Assembly (NCBI GenBank): GCA_964016885.1
Contig: OZ024745.1
Coordinates: 40,424,001-40,488,000 of the forward strand
DNA from: Eledone cirrhosa
Lineage: Eukaryota
DNA: 64,000 nt
Direction: 5' to 3'
Below the pieces are notes generated by a model. The model saw only the letters and a program-made list of their open reading frames with translations. It did not search any database and was not told where the DNA came from. Below, piece after piece: positions 47,314-61,008 of this stretch. Position 1 is the first letter of the stretch, and the number at the start of each line of letters is the position of its first letter. The position numbers and the translations under genes are program-made.

Positions 47314-48098
47314 CTTCTTTGCGCATGCGTTTGCGTGTGTGTATAGTGTTTTGTTTGATGTGTGTTCGTGATTGGGGGACTGTATATTGGTTAATGTATT
47401 CTATCTTTACTAGTGTGTGTTTATATGTGTTTGTTGTTATTGTGCTTGTGTATGGATTTATTTATTTATCTATTTATTTATTTATTTATACTTCTCTTAG
47501 GTCAGTGTTGTTTGTTTGATGTTGTTGTTATTCCATTCATGTTTTCTGTTTAGCTTTGGCCTTCTAAGTTCTATTTCACTGGCCTCTCTGATTTGCCTAT
47601 CTGCTGGGTCATTTCTATGTTTAGATATTATTCTAATTTATATGTTGTCTATGTTACCGTCCTGTTGTTGTCTGGCATGTTCGTATAGTACTGAACCGTT
47701 TTATCGTCCTTTTAGTTCCCTCCAGTGTTGGTCTATCCTTTCACCTATGCTACGAGCTGTCTCGCCTATGTATGTTGTTGTCATGTTTCTGCAAGTACCC
47801 TCTGTACATCTTATGCTATAGACTACGTTTCTAGTTTTACAGTTTATCCGGGGGTTTACCTTACATATAATACATTTCCTATTAGTACAGTGGGTTTTCT
47901 TAAAAGGGTAGGTATCGGCATTTTTTACTGTTGGTCAGTCAATGGCAACATTGAGGACCTAATAAATTAAATTTCCGATATAAAAGACACAGAAGCGAAA
48001 AGCGAAAACCAACCAAATAGTGAGTGTGTTCTGTTATTAATTCTGGCAATATTACACAAATATGACCCTCCCCAAGTATAACAATATTTGTTTCGACA

Positions 48099-48102
<4 letters not shown>
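42783..48102 (-). mobile_element. Near full-length PLE family A: 3' pLTR, ORF, 5' tandem pLTR (46975-47910), inverted tail (47925-48102)
   Basis: Direct and inverted repeats are visible and both ends meet (TA)n. Confidence 0.92.
43275..46900 (-). pseudogene. PLE ORF (Asn-rich N-terminal region, RT, GIY-YIG), disrupted
   Basis: TDKSG, LYGLCKDHK, MDVVSLYPSI, GAAIG, RYVDD, CIIC...CKTRNVVY and YIGET motifs. Confidence 0.92.
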
Positions 48103-48136
<34 letters not shown>

Positions 48137-48137
48137 A

Positions 48138-48337
<200 letters not shown>

Positions 48338-48619
48338 TAAATGAGGTTAACAGAGACTAGTCTAACATTTTAAACATATCATATTGTGCCCCAACACACA
48401 CGCAAGTAACCTGACAATAGTTTTGTGTTATCTTGAGCTTTATCTTATTTTAATTTACAACTTCAATGCGGGAGTTTGATTTAAAAATAGTCCGATGATG
48501 CTGATAATCACAACTCGATAGTGTATTTCTGGCTCTAGTTGTATAGTACTCTCGCTCTCCCCCTCTCCCCCTCTCTCTCTCTCTCTCTCAACACACATAT
48601 ATATTTATGGGGGGCTGTA

Positions 48620-48664
<45 letters not shown>

Positions 48665-48828
48665 TACATGTGTGTGTATGTGTTTGAGTGTGTGTGTGTG
48701 TGTGTGTGTGTTTGCATTTAAATGCACAAACGCTAGATTTATATACCAGGTTTTCTCCACATTTGGATTATAAGGTGGCTCGATAAACGCCACTCCTTTG
48801 AGAGAAATAGATGGTACATGTGCATTGT

Positions 48829-48880
<52 letters not shown>

Positions 48881-49859
48881 TATTATATAATTGAATCAGC
48901 TAACGAGATTTAAATCGTTTACCTGGAGTCATTCGACCCGTATGAAGACGATTAAACCATATCTATTTATCAATACATATTTATTTATTTCTCTCTTTCT
49001 TCTTCCCTATACTCCCTCTATGAAGATAAGTAGTCAATTGTTTTATTTATTCATCTATTTAAATTGTTCACCTTTCTATATTTCATATACATGTGCAAGT
49101 AAATTAGCTTAATAAAATCCAAATCCATTTACAGCAGATCCTTATGGATGGTGGTATGTTTCCAAACGAGATTATGCTACGTTTGCCCGTGAGATTTTAT
49201 TGTATTTGGTGGGATTCGTGTTCCACACTTTGCAGCGAGCGAGATATGAGTTTCATTCGAGGAGAATTTCCTCCTTTTGATACATGTTGAAACAAATTGT
49301 TTACCCCAATTGCAGCATCATATGTATGGATAACCCAATTTGTAATACACGGAGCTTTGTTAAGATTTTGTTAAATCAACAGTGTGTATGGTCTGATATG
49401 TCGGTGTTAAATACATTTTGGTAACAATGATATTCAGCAGGCAAATGGCAAAATAAAAATAGAAGTTTAATATTTTCTATCTATATTTCTGATGTATTAT
49501 TTCCTATTGATTTTGAAAATAATCTAGAATTTGAAATCGTTTGGTAATATAATTAATCTTTTCTATATCCATCTAGTGTTTTAAATTTAAATTGACACAG
49601 ATTATCGAGCCAAATTACAGTAGTACCTAGTAAGATCCATGTAAACTCCTAAAAGAAATAGGTTTGTATTATAAAACGCATCGTTCGTTTATTTTCAAAA
49701 GAGTTAAAGGGTCTGTGGTTTTTCTGTGAGAAAAACCACAGACCCTCCATCTCAACTCTACTTTTGAAAAGCAGAAGAACTGCGAAACCAATAAAGGTAC
49801 CAAATAAATATATATATATATTTTTTTAAAATAAAACTCCAGTTGCATTTTCGATTTCA

Positions 49860-52800
49860 TCTTTTTTTCTTTATACACCTCGGTTATTTTTCATTTTGTA
49901 AAAACACCTCACTTTCTAATATATATTCCCCCACACACCCTTGGAACTCTCTTTCTACCCACCTTTCTCCTGATGAAGGGCTTATGCCCGAAACGTCGTT
50001 CTCCATCCCCCACTCTCAAGCGTTAAACTAATAATAACATTTGTACTGCCTCTTCGCTTCCACGTTTTTTTGTTTTCTGTTTACTATCTCAACTTTAAAA
50101 TATATATACACGCTTACACAGCCTCTGCGCCAGCCTGGAGTACCACCTTCCACCTCCGGCTCAACCTGATTTAATACGCCGTGACCAACTTCTGAACTTT
50201 TCTCCAAACTCTCCCACAAAAACTTTTCTCTTTCAGTCTCCGATTTTCTATCCATCTTTTTATTATTTTTCTATTTTATATTTTGCTTATTTTATTTTAT
50301 TTGTTTATTTTCTGCTTATGATTTTTTGTTTATGATTTTCTGTTTATATTTTCACCTGTTTATAATAATTTGTATTGATTTTTCTGTCCCCTCTCCTCCC
50401 CTGTCTCTGTTTATCCATTTTTCACTCATCCCTTTCGTTCCACTTCCCCCTCGCACCCCACACTTCTCCTGTCTTCCACCCCCACCCCCCATGCTTTACA
50501 CTCCACACGCACCATGCCCAGCATCGAAATCCTTACTCAACTATTTCCACACCCGTCTTAAACATTTCATCACCCCCTTCTCCCACCCTGCTATCTCCCT
50601 TCGGTCCGCCAACTCTCCTACCTTCTCCTCGCCAAAATCCGGCATTCCAGCCACATCATTTCCTCAGTCGCTGCCTCCACCTCCACCTCATCCCCCTTGG
50701 CTTCCGACTGCACTTCCAGACCTCCCCCTCCGCTTCCTCCTCCACCCAACGTATCTTCATCCGCTCCTCGCGCCTCCTCATGCGCAATTCCCCCACTCCT
50801 CCCTCTCCACCATCTGCAACCTCGACCACACACTCCCCCACCCTCCTCCACCTCAACACCGCATGCCACCCACTCTTCGCCCACTCCATCTTCCTCTTCA
50901 TCCAAAACCGCAACCACGACCTCTTCTCCTTCATCACCTCCACCAAAGCCCTTAAGCTACAGTCCCTCCTCCCCATCACCACCTTTACTCACCCACCACC
51001 TTGACCCAACCACCACCCAGCCCGATACCCCACCGCCACCACACGCTCCTCTACCCCTTCTCACACCACACCGCACATAACCCCCACCCACACTTGATGT
51101 CACCATACCTCCTGACTTCCCCCTCTCCGCACCTGAGCGTTCACTCCTCAGTAGGGGCCTGCGATTCATACCCCACCACCCGTTCAGTGACAAGTTACCC
51201 ACCCGAGTGTATGTCGAGCGATTCGTGCGACGCACCAAGCTACAGGCATACTTCTACAACACCCCAGACCCCTTTCTCGCTCTGGGCCGACGACCATCAT
51301 CATGGACGCCGATACCCGGGCAATTTAGCACCGGGGACACGTTCGTCGACGTCTGCCGTAGCGCAGTAAATCGCTTCGACTTCCGCCTCTGCTCCAAACG
51401 GCATAAAATCACACCGGACAAACTCCTCGCTCTCCGCTCTCACTATAGCCACGACGACATCGTCATCAAACCGGTGGACATAGGAGGCGCTGTTGTGGTG
51501 CCGCGCGCTGACCTCCACACGGCCGAATCCCTAAGACACCTCCATAAACCCCTCTTCTACCGCCCTCTACCTTCCGACCCATACCCCTCTACCAACAACA
51601 TGTTTCCTCCACCATCCAACATCTCGTCTCCTCCTCCATCCTCACTCTCACCGCTCCTCACCTCATCGTCCGCACCCCTCGCACCCCCATCATCCACTTC
51701 CTCGCCAAGATCCACAAACCCGACAACCTAGGCCGCCGCATCGTCTCCGCTTGCAAAAGCCCCACAAAACTCATCTGAACCTTTCTTGACGCCATCCCCA
51801 CCCAACTTTTCAGCGACTTCCCATCCCACATCTCCGACACCAACCACGCCTTTCACCTGTCCGACTCCTTCCCTTTACCACCCGGCCCACACACCCTCCT
51901 CTTCACCTTAGATATTAAGTCCCTCTACACTGTCGTCTCTCACACTGACGGCCTACGTTCCCTCCGGCACTCCCCCATCCCTCTACCCCCACCCTCCTTC
52001 GCCTCAACGAGCTGGTCCTCACCCTTAACTACTTCTCCTTCCCGGGTGAGTTTTAACAACAGGTCACTGGGGAAGCCATAGGCACAAGAATGGGCCAAAT
52101 TATACCAACCTTTTCGCTGGGCATGTTGAGGTCCAAATCTTTGCCCAGTACACAGGCCCCACGACCGAACTCTACGGTCGTTACATCGATGACTGCATCG
52201 GAGCCACAACCCTCGCCCGAGAACAGCTAGACTCCTTTCTCTCCTTCCTCTGCTCCTTCCACCCCTCCCTCCATTTCACTACCTCTATCTCCACCACCCA
52301 CGTCCACTACTTGGACATCTCCATCGCGATCAACTCCTCGTCATCTCCGCCTTCTTCAAACCCACCGACTCCCAGTCCTACCTCGACTTCACTGCTCCCA
52401 CTCTACACACATGAAACACTCCATTCCCTACTCCCAACTCCTCCGGATCCGTCGCCTCTGCAGCCGAGATTCTGACTTTGAGTCCCAGGTTCGAGTCCCA
52501 GGTTGCATTCCCTGCTCCAGACCTCGCTGCCACACCTGCACCCACATCAACAACACCACCACCTTCCAGGGTCCCAACGGCCACTCTCTCTCTTCCGGCA
52601 TGCCTTCCGCTGCACCTCCTCCAACTCCGTCTATGGACTTCGCTGCACGGAGTGCAACCAACCTACGCCGGACAGACTGGACGTCGCTTGGCGGATTGGT
52701 TCACGGAGCACCTCCGAGATATTCGTCTCGGCGGTAGTTCCCCCATCGCCCGCCACATTGGTTCCCCTGGACATTCCCCCAACCACCTCACGGTATGTGG

Positions 52801-53430
52801 TCTGATCCAGTGTCATGGGACCACCGCCACCTGCCTCACGGTGGAGCAACACACCATCTTTAGCCTACCCCCCCCCCCCCCGACCTGAACTCCCCACTCC
52901 TTTTCGTTTAGCATTCGACCATGACCCCCCACACACACACCCCCTACTAACACCACTAACACACTCCCCTGTCAGCCTCTACACTACTGCTGTCATCTCC
53001 CTACTGCTATCTCCCTCCTCCCACCTACTTGGCCCTGGCTTGACTCTCTGACCACTTCCTGTTGCGTGTGCACCCCAAAACTCTCCACTTCCTCACTATC
53101 ATACAAGGATTTTACACAACTGGTCCATCATTCCAGTAATCCATCCTGCCACACTCATAATCTGATCTCACAATCCGTGGAAAAAGCCCAGGAACACACA
53201 CACACAAACACATACACTATTTTCTCACCACACCACCAGACATCCACACCACATATTATCACACACATGCACGTGCGTATCTTCACATACACACATTCAG
53301 CCTCCGGACTCCACATGCCCCTTTCCCCCAACCCTTCTGACCCCTCTCTATCCATACGCACACCCCACCCCATGTACAAACCGGTTTCCCTATTACCCGA
53401 ACATGGAACTTCGTTCTTCCCCCAACTCGG
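49860..53430 (+). mobile_element. Decayed C-rich Neptune-like PLE
   Basis: IVIKPVDIGG, KIHKP, DIKSLYT, RYIDD, SIPYSQLLRIRRLCS, CSRPRCHTC and YAGQTGRRL motifs. Confidence 0.88.
49968..49999 (+). ncRNA. Minimal hammerhead ribozyme upstream of the PLE ORF
   Basis: CTGATGA a gggc ttat gccc GAAA cg TC. Confidence 0.85.
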
Positions 53431-53945
53431 AAAAATCTCTTTCCTAGAGTTATTTTGTTGTAAGAGACAATTTTGAGTTTCTAACTCAATATATACCTTT
53501 GATATATTCGGCTCCGTTAATTTGTTGAGCTAATTCAAATGTCGAGTAAACATGGCTGCTATTTTTAGTGGTGTGAGTTTGTGAGGCACGCTAAGTTCAG
53601 ATACCATGTGCGTTATTATGTATATGCAAACTATTCAGTTTGTAATATACTTAGAAGTGTCCAGGATAGTAATATTCTTCACCCACTCATGAGCAACAAT
53701 CGGTGTTCCTCTTCACAATTAATTTTGTGAAACAGCTAACCAAAGCTGTCTGGGTGATTGGTAATTACCACAATTCTGGTTTGTATTTATTTTCTTGATT
53801 TATTCTTGGCAAACGCTATTGTCTATAGTTAGTATTCTTTTCACCTCAGCGAATCTGGTCCCTTGCGATTTGAAGAGGACATATATGTATATATCTGTGT
53901 TCGTTTTTCTTTTATATTCAATTATATATATATATATATATATTC

Positions 53946-54014
<69 letters not shown>

Positions 54015-54024
54015 AAAAAGTATG

Positions 54025-54100
54025 ACCCCACTCTACTACCCTAAGTATTGAGTACTCTGGTGCGTTATGGTCCATGTAGTTCCTTACCACAATTCCTTTG

Positions 54101-54103
<3 letters not shown>
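54025..54103 (+). mobile_element. Family C pLTR tail
   Basis: Matches 27976-28053. Confidence 0.8.
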
Positions 54104-54169
<66 letters not shown>

Positions 54170-54559
54170 TATGTATGTGTGTATACGTACATACATATAT
54201 GTATACATACGTACAGTAGTATGTATATATCTACATACATGCACACATATATATATGCACGTATCAGATTATCGAACATTTATTATAATGCTCGGTTTGT
54301 TTGTTTGTAAACAAACAAACAGCCCGAATTACGCCGTACAGTGTTTAGGCAACCACGTCACATTTTTGTTGAACATTGACACAGGAACGATGTACTAGTT
54401 TACATTTAAGTAAGTGCCGTATTAAGAGTGAGAAATGAAATTTCGTTTCATTCTATTCCATATATATATATATGGAAAGTTATATTTAAATTGTTGGGTT
54501 ACAACTAGTAAATATTTATAACTGATATAAAAGCACTCGACAAGTATTTGGAGTATATT

Positions 54560-54888
54560 TACAATATTAAATAAATGGAAACTATATTTATAAAACCATA
54601 TTTATTTCATTATATATATTTCAGGGATATCATATTAACAATATGCTATGCCTTCCTCAGACAAAATACAATATAAACAGTTTTATAGATAAATATATTT
54701 GACATACCGTAACAACATCGACTTGTATTTGAAAGGTTGAATTGCTGTTTATATTGTATTTTGTCTGAGGAAGGCATAGCATATTGTTAATATGATATCC
54801 CTGAAATATTGTTAATATGATATCCCTGAAATATATATAATGAAATAAATATGGTTTTATAAATATAGTTTCCATTTATTTAATATTG

Positions 54889-54890
<2 letters not shown>
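54560..54890. repeat. Inverted pLTR remnant with an HHR in each arm (54605-54666 minus; 54759-54845 plus)
   Basis: ttttgt CTGAGGA aggcatagcatatt gtt aatatgatatccct GAAA tatata TA atgaaa. The plus copy has a ~25-nt internal duplication. Confidence 0.8.
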
Positions 54891-54925
<35 letters not shown>

Positions 54926-55140
54926 AAAAGTTAAACAAGGTTCAATGAATACATAAAAGAATGAGTTTTACAATAGATTGGAAGCACTCAACAGTTAAGG
55001 TTTTCCAGAGTTATTAATATTAATTCAAAATATTAACAAAATAGATATTCTTGTGATCAATTATATTTTATTCAGTCATGGTAGACTACCATGACTGAAT
55101 ATTAACCATCTACTATGTCAGGGTATGTCATGTATCATTT

Positions 55141-55207
55141 TATTTTATCTGATGAGGACGTACTGTTTAACTGAACTCAGTACCTCTGAAATATGTATAA
55201 TAATATA
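55141..55207 (+). ncRNA. Type I hammerhead ribozyme inside the inverted-repeat remnant 55023-55248
   Basis: ttat CTGATGA ggacgtactg..cagtacctct GAAA tatgta TA ataa. Confidence 0.8.
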
Positions 55208-55245
55208 TAAATGGTCACAAGATATCTATTTTGTTAATATTTTGA

Positions 55246-55312
<67 letters not shown>

Positions 55313-55344
55313 AATGTAATCTGAGTTTTACGAATATTAATAAT

Positions 55345-55535
55345 TGTTTCTACTTTAGGCACAAGGCCAGCAATTATCAGTGCATTACTGGTACTTTATT
55401 TTATCGACCCCGTAAAGATGAAAGGAAAAGTCAACCTCGGCGGGATTTGAACTCAGATCGTAAATGGACGTAACCATGCTGGAAAGCATGGCGTCCGACC
55501 CTCTACCGATACTGCCAATCCACCGCCCTTTTTGC
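55345..55535 (-). mobile_element. SINE with an 11-bp TSD (ATATTAATAAT)
   Basis: TSD at 55334-55344 and 55536-55546. Confidence 0.9.
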
Positions 55536-55789
55536 ATATTAATAATAACATTCGATTCGTTTGCAATTATGCAAACAAGCCTCAATTTTATAGCCATGTC
55601 AGTAGAATGACTGTTCGCATGCCAGCAGAAGAGCAAGAATGAAGTGTTCATTCTACTGAAATGGCTATACAATTGTGGCTTGTTTGCATAATTGCAAACG
55701 AATCGAATGTTATTATTAATATTCGAAAAACTCAGATTACATTTATTGTATTCAGCCATGTAGAGCGAAGACGACCTCATCGCTAGTAT

Positions 55790-55945
55790 ACAGCAAATCT
55801 TGCTGATCAGTGATCTGCTAAATATGCAGATCTGACTGATCAGCCAGTCTGCTGATAAGCAAATCTTGCTGATCAGTGAATCTGCTAATATGCAGATCTG
55901 ACTGATCTGCCAGTCTGCTAATATGCAAATCAGGCCGATCAGCCA
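55790..55945. repeat. Minisatellite rich in TGATCA/GATC
   Basis: Repeated gcaaatcttgctgatcag...gcagatctgactgatc. Confidence 0.8.
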
Positions 55946-56066
55946 CTGTGTATTTTTGAAAATAGCATATATTTTCCCTAGCTCTGACAGTTTGGCAGGT
56001 GAACAGTGATCTGTACTGACATTAGTGTCTGCAGTTCTGTTCGCATGCCAACATAAGAGCAATAAT

Positions 56067-56243
56067 TGTTTCTACTTTAGGCACAATCCAGCAATTACCC
56101 AGTGCATTACTGGTACTTTATTTTATCGACCCCGTAAGGATGAAAGGCAAAGTCAACCTCGGCGGGATTTGAACTCAGATCGTAAAGGGACGTAACTATG
56201 CTGGAAAGCATGGCGTCCGACTCTCTACCGATACTGCCAATCC
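56067..56243 (-). mobile_element. SINE with a 16-bp TSD (ACATAAGAGCAATAAT)
   Basis: TSD at 56051-56066 and 56244-56259. Confidence 0.92.
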
Positions 56244-56445
56244 ACATAAGAGCAATAATGAAGTGTCCATTCTACTGACATGGCTATAAAATTGAGGCTT
56301 GTTTGCATAATTGCAAACGAATCGAATGTTATTATTAATCTTCGTAAAACTCAGATTACATTTATTGTATTCAGCCATACAGAGAGAAATTTTCTTTTAT
56401 ATATATATATATATGTATATTTTAGGATTGTTTCTCTAAAATAGC

Positions 56446-56948
56446 TATGTATAGTATATTTGGCAATATAGCGTATGTTTAATTAAAAACATTTTGAAGA
56501 CTTGCGATATCATTTTAAAGTATTGACTATGACACTTACTTCTTTTTTCGGCAAAAAAAGGGATAGAAGCTGACATATTCTGTTTCACGCTGTTGGCGAT
56601 CCTCAGAGCATCGTACTCCCCGTCTTTACCGAAAATTATAGAGAATGGATTCTTATAGAATTCCAGTAATAATCAGGAAATGATTATACAGAGCGATTGC
56701 TGGTCCAGCAAAAAATAAAATTAGGATTGGTGCTGTGAAATAGCGATGTATACATGAATTTATGTATAGTATCCAGCCTCTATAATTTTCAGGTCTGAGG
56801 ATCGCCACCAACGTAAACAGAATCTGTCAGCTTCTCTCCCTTCATTTTTAAAGTAGCGACATAGTCACTACTTTAAAAATGATAGCGCAAGGTCTTCAAA
56901 TTGTTTTTTAATTAAACATACGGTATATTGCCAAATATACTTTACATA
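56446..56948. repeat. Old inverted pLTR remnant with an HHR in each arm (56569-56609 minus; 56792-56831 plus)
   Basis: Minus strand: gct CTGAGGA t cgc caaca gcg t GAAA cagaatatg TC agc. Confidence 0.8.
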
Positions 56949-57251
56949 CATTCATATGTATATATGTATATATATGTATATATATATGTATATATATATA
57001 TATATATATAGGGAGGGTATTGGTATGTGATACTACCTAACGGCTGAACTGATGCGCTCGGAAAGTAGCTCATTAAGATACGTGAAGTGAAACTACTTTG
57101 TTATATATTGAGTACTAAAGTGAAAAATGCTGTTACCAGTCTAATCAAGTAACTCCCAATCTATCGCTTCCCCCCTCTCTCTCTCTCTCTCTTCCTGTCT
57201 CTCTCACACACACACACACTCTCTCTCTCTCTCTCTCTCGATGTTTACATT

Positions 57252-57318
<67 letters not shown>

Positions 57319-58768
57319 GGGCTGATGCATGTAAATATACATTTTACATATACAGATGTATTTAAATAGCTTGTATATGCTTTGATTTTTCTGTGATAGG
57401 AGAGGAAATTGAGTTTCTATGGAATTTACTTTTGCTTGGATTTCATTTATAATTCTATGAATTTTAAAACCTGTGTGTGAGCCCATCATTACTCTTCTGT
57501 TCGCATCACAGTTTCTATTTCCATTGACAGGTGAAATTAAGATATGTATTATAAAAACCTATTGATATGTTGAAATTCAGTTTGATTAAGTATGTTTGCT
57601 TTCAATCACGAAAACATATTGGATACATATTCACATGAGTAGATAATATATGCACAAGCATATATAACATATACATATATATATATATATACACACAGAA
57701 AAATCAACGGTTAGTTGTGGGGTCTAGTCTGCATGAAGAACTCAATGTAATCCATATGTTTAAAATGTTGTAGGTTAAAATAAAACCGAGAAACAATAAA
57801 AGATCAAAAAGAAAACAGAGTCAAGATATAAGTTAAAACAATGAAATACAAATTCAAGTCATTAGGAATATACTTCACTGCTTTACGATCGTTTCTAGGT
57901 GATAATACATCATACGCATATTTCGTTATCGATCTATGTGAGGTTAGTTACAAAATATCAAATAAGGAATATATTTACCTACGTGTATATCGTCAGCCGT
58001 TGTCAAAAGCAATGAACATTTTATTCAAAATCAATAGTAAATTGAGTTCTATGACCTTATTTGGAAGTAGCAGAAGAACAAACCCATAAAATGGTGTTTT
58101 GTCATATGATGTTAAGACGAAATATAACTCACTTTAGTTAAGGGCATGACCTTTTGAAAGTAATGGTTGAATGGCGTTAAAAATAGAATTACTATGAAGA
58201 ACCTATGAAGAACACGTATTGTTATATTGATAGTGGAATGTAGATGGTGGATTGAAGTTTAAAAAGGGATGTACAAATTATATGTTGAGTTGTGTTGTAT
58301 GGAGTATTTAGGTGAATATAAATAAAAAATATATAAAACATACGGAAATAACTAGGATAAATATAGGTAGGTAAAGTAATAGTCATAACTAGGAAGGATA
58401 GTGTATTAAAAGATGAAAATTATAATAAGATAATAAAATAATATAATATAATAATATAATATAATGTAATATAATATAGTGCATTATGGTAGATTGCATA
58501 TAGTATAGTATAGCGTATGATGTATCATAAAATATAGAATAGTAAATATTTTCAAGTGGGTCTATATATAAGTAATCAAACTCAAATAAATGCATGTTGA
58601 CATATAGTCAAAACGCATAATTTTCTTAGATCACAAAAGTACATATACTCACATATATAGAAAGAGGTATAATTGCATAGATACTCCATTAAAAACATAC
58701 ATACGCATACATAGATATATACATACACATATACATACATACACGCACACATACATACATATATATAC

Positions 58769-58853
58769 ATTAGAAAATAGAATAGCTTTCACCGTATTTT
58801 TGACTAAAAAATGTTTAGCCAAAAATACGGTGAAAGCTATTTTATTTTCTAAT
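58769..58853. repeat. 85-bp near-perfect palindrome
   Basis: attagaaaatagaatagctttcaccgtattttt...aaaaatacggtgaaagctattttattttctaat. Confidence 0.85.
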
Positions 58854-58967
58854 TTCAAACCTGCTAACTCTTTCAAAACATACTTACTTGTCATATATAT
58901 ACATATATATACATACACATACATGTACATACACATACAAACACACATACACATATACACACACACG

Positions 58968-59006
<39 letters not shown>

Positions 59007-59010
<4 letters not shown>

Positions 59011-60049
59011 CTTTTGACACCATCCTCCAGAACATCCCTGTGTTAAAAAAGGACCATATAATGAACCAAATCCTTCAAACACACGATATTATAAAGAGCA
59101 AAATACAATCTAAGTCAATGCAAAACATGCTAACACATGCCAAAATATTGACAACCACAACAACGAAACCCACAGTAAAAAAATACGATAGACCCAACTG
59201 TGGCATATGCATCAACCTAATAGAGGGTTCGGAATTCTATTTCAAAGAAGGACAACGTTTTATAGTAAAACACAATTTCACATGCGCATCAGAAAATCTA
59301 ATATATGTATTAACTTGCTCAGGTTGTCGAGAACAATACATAGGCCAGACCAAAGACAGCCTCCGCCAACGCATCACTGTCCATAGATCCCAAATTAAAC
59401 TACGGAAATACAGGAAAATACAACTGAGTGAACACATTGATACCTGTGCCGCCCAAAATCATCCCAAATTTAGAATCTTTCCCCTCTACAAATTTAAAGA
59501 TAATGCCCCCCACACCCAGCGCATCAGCATGGAATCTCACTTTATTAACAAATACGGACCCCGTCTAAACACTTCTCCCTAAGCCGAACCCACAACATAC
59601 ACACGTCAACATACATACCTACATCTGCATACATCCTCCATATATCTCTATCCACATATAAACACAATGACATACTTAAAGACACATGTTCGATGGTGTA
59701 ACACAAATATACACAAATGTGCATACCTTTTGATGTCTATAGATATAAACGTGCCGACACACACACATACATATACGCACACATGTATTGCACACTGATG
59801 GGCACATACATATTTGTACACAAGTATTCAAATACGGCAAGGCCTAATGGATTCCCCTTGCACTACGTACAATCTGGACACACTCACACACACCTTGGTG
59901 TTATGGCAATACTATATATCATTTCACACCTTTTATTATTAATGTTTTTGATGTTCTCTTGAGAGAATCGTTTTTGGTGAAAATATCGAATAATGTACAC
60001 CATTTTTACCAGTATCACAAAAATACTGGTTACACACAAACACACATCA

Positions 60050-60080
<31 letters not shown>

Positions 60081-60277
60081 TATACACATACATATACACA
60101 CACACATACACACGCGTACACTAACATACGAAGAGATATATACACACACACACACATACACACACACTTCTCCTTATAAGACAAGAGCTGAAAAATATCT
60201 TTCAACACGTTAAACTATCCTCCACACACGTACAGACACATTCCTACTGACCGATCCCTCTACCACGAATTACTCTG

Positions 60278-60339
<62 letters not shown>

Positions 60340-60440
60340 TTTGTCTTAATAGGCACCTGAACTGTTGACCTTTCAACATGACTGCAATTCACACACACAT
60401 CCTACTGACCATTATCACAACAATGAACCTCTTTACTACA

Positions 60441-60479
<39 letters not shown>

Positions 60480-60900
60480 TTGTCTTAAAAGACTTATTTT
60501 TCAGTGCCTTCTCAATCAGGCGAAAAAGGACACTCTTCGACAAACCTACATTTGGCGCAAAATCAATTTTTAACATTCACCTGACATCTAGCGACCAATC
60601 AAAATTGTTTTGACCACAATCATTTTTGCAACACGAATTGGCGCGAAACTTATTTTAATACCTCTGGAGCCACTTTTTTCACATAAAACAGGTAGAATTT
60701 CTAAAACTAATCAGATTAGAGCAAACATCACAGGCGCTCTATCTCAAAATTATTTTGGAAAAGCATTAGAAATGCGCAACCGGTAAAAACTTAAAACTAA
60801 AACTGAATACTAACCAATACTTATTACTAATTTTTACTTATTCCTAATTAAACTATTGTTCAGTGGGAACAATTTGTCAGCATTTTATTTTCCTTTTACC
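59007..60900 (+). mobile_element. 5'-truncated Neptune-like PLE (GIY-YIG 59007-59582 plus probable pLTR)
   Basis: RPNCGIC, FTCASENLIYVLTCSGC..QYIGQT..LRQR..VHR motifs. Starts at (TA)n; the 3' limit is uncertain. Confidence 0.8.
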
Positions 60901-61008
60901 AATATATATATATATACATATATATACTTGTGTATAATGGTAGCTATGGTGCTTCCATAGGCGGTATGCCAAAATTAGCACTCAATATTCATACAGAGTA
61001 GAGTGTGG

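Larger units (their letters stand above)
55312..56385. mobile_element. Non-coding ~426-bp unit, inverted arm plus ~1.35 direct units, interrupted by two SINEs
   Basis: ctgttcgcatgcca at 55611 and 56037. The inverted copy spans 55312-55610. (TA)n on both sides. Confidence 0.7.

Noticed and set aside
55790-55945. CRISPR-like array
   Set aside because: It is a tandem minisatellite without unique spacers, in a eukaryotic context with no cas genes.
57049-57070. HHR-like CTGATGC...GAAA (also weak motifs near 48492 and 62766)
   Set aside because: The core is mismatched and supporting stems are absent.
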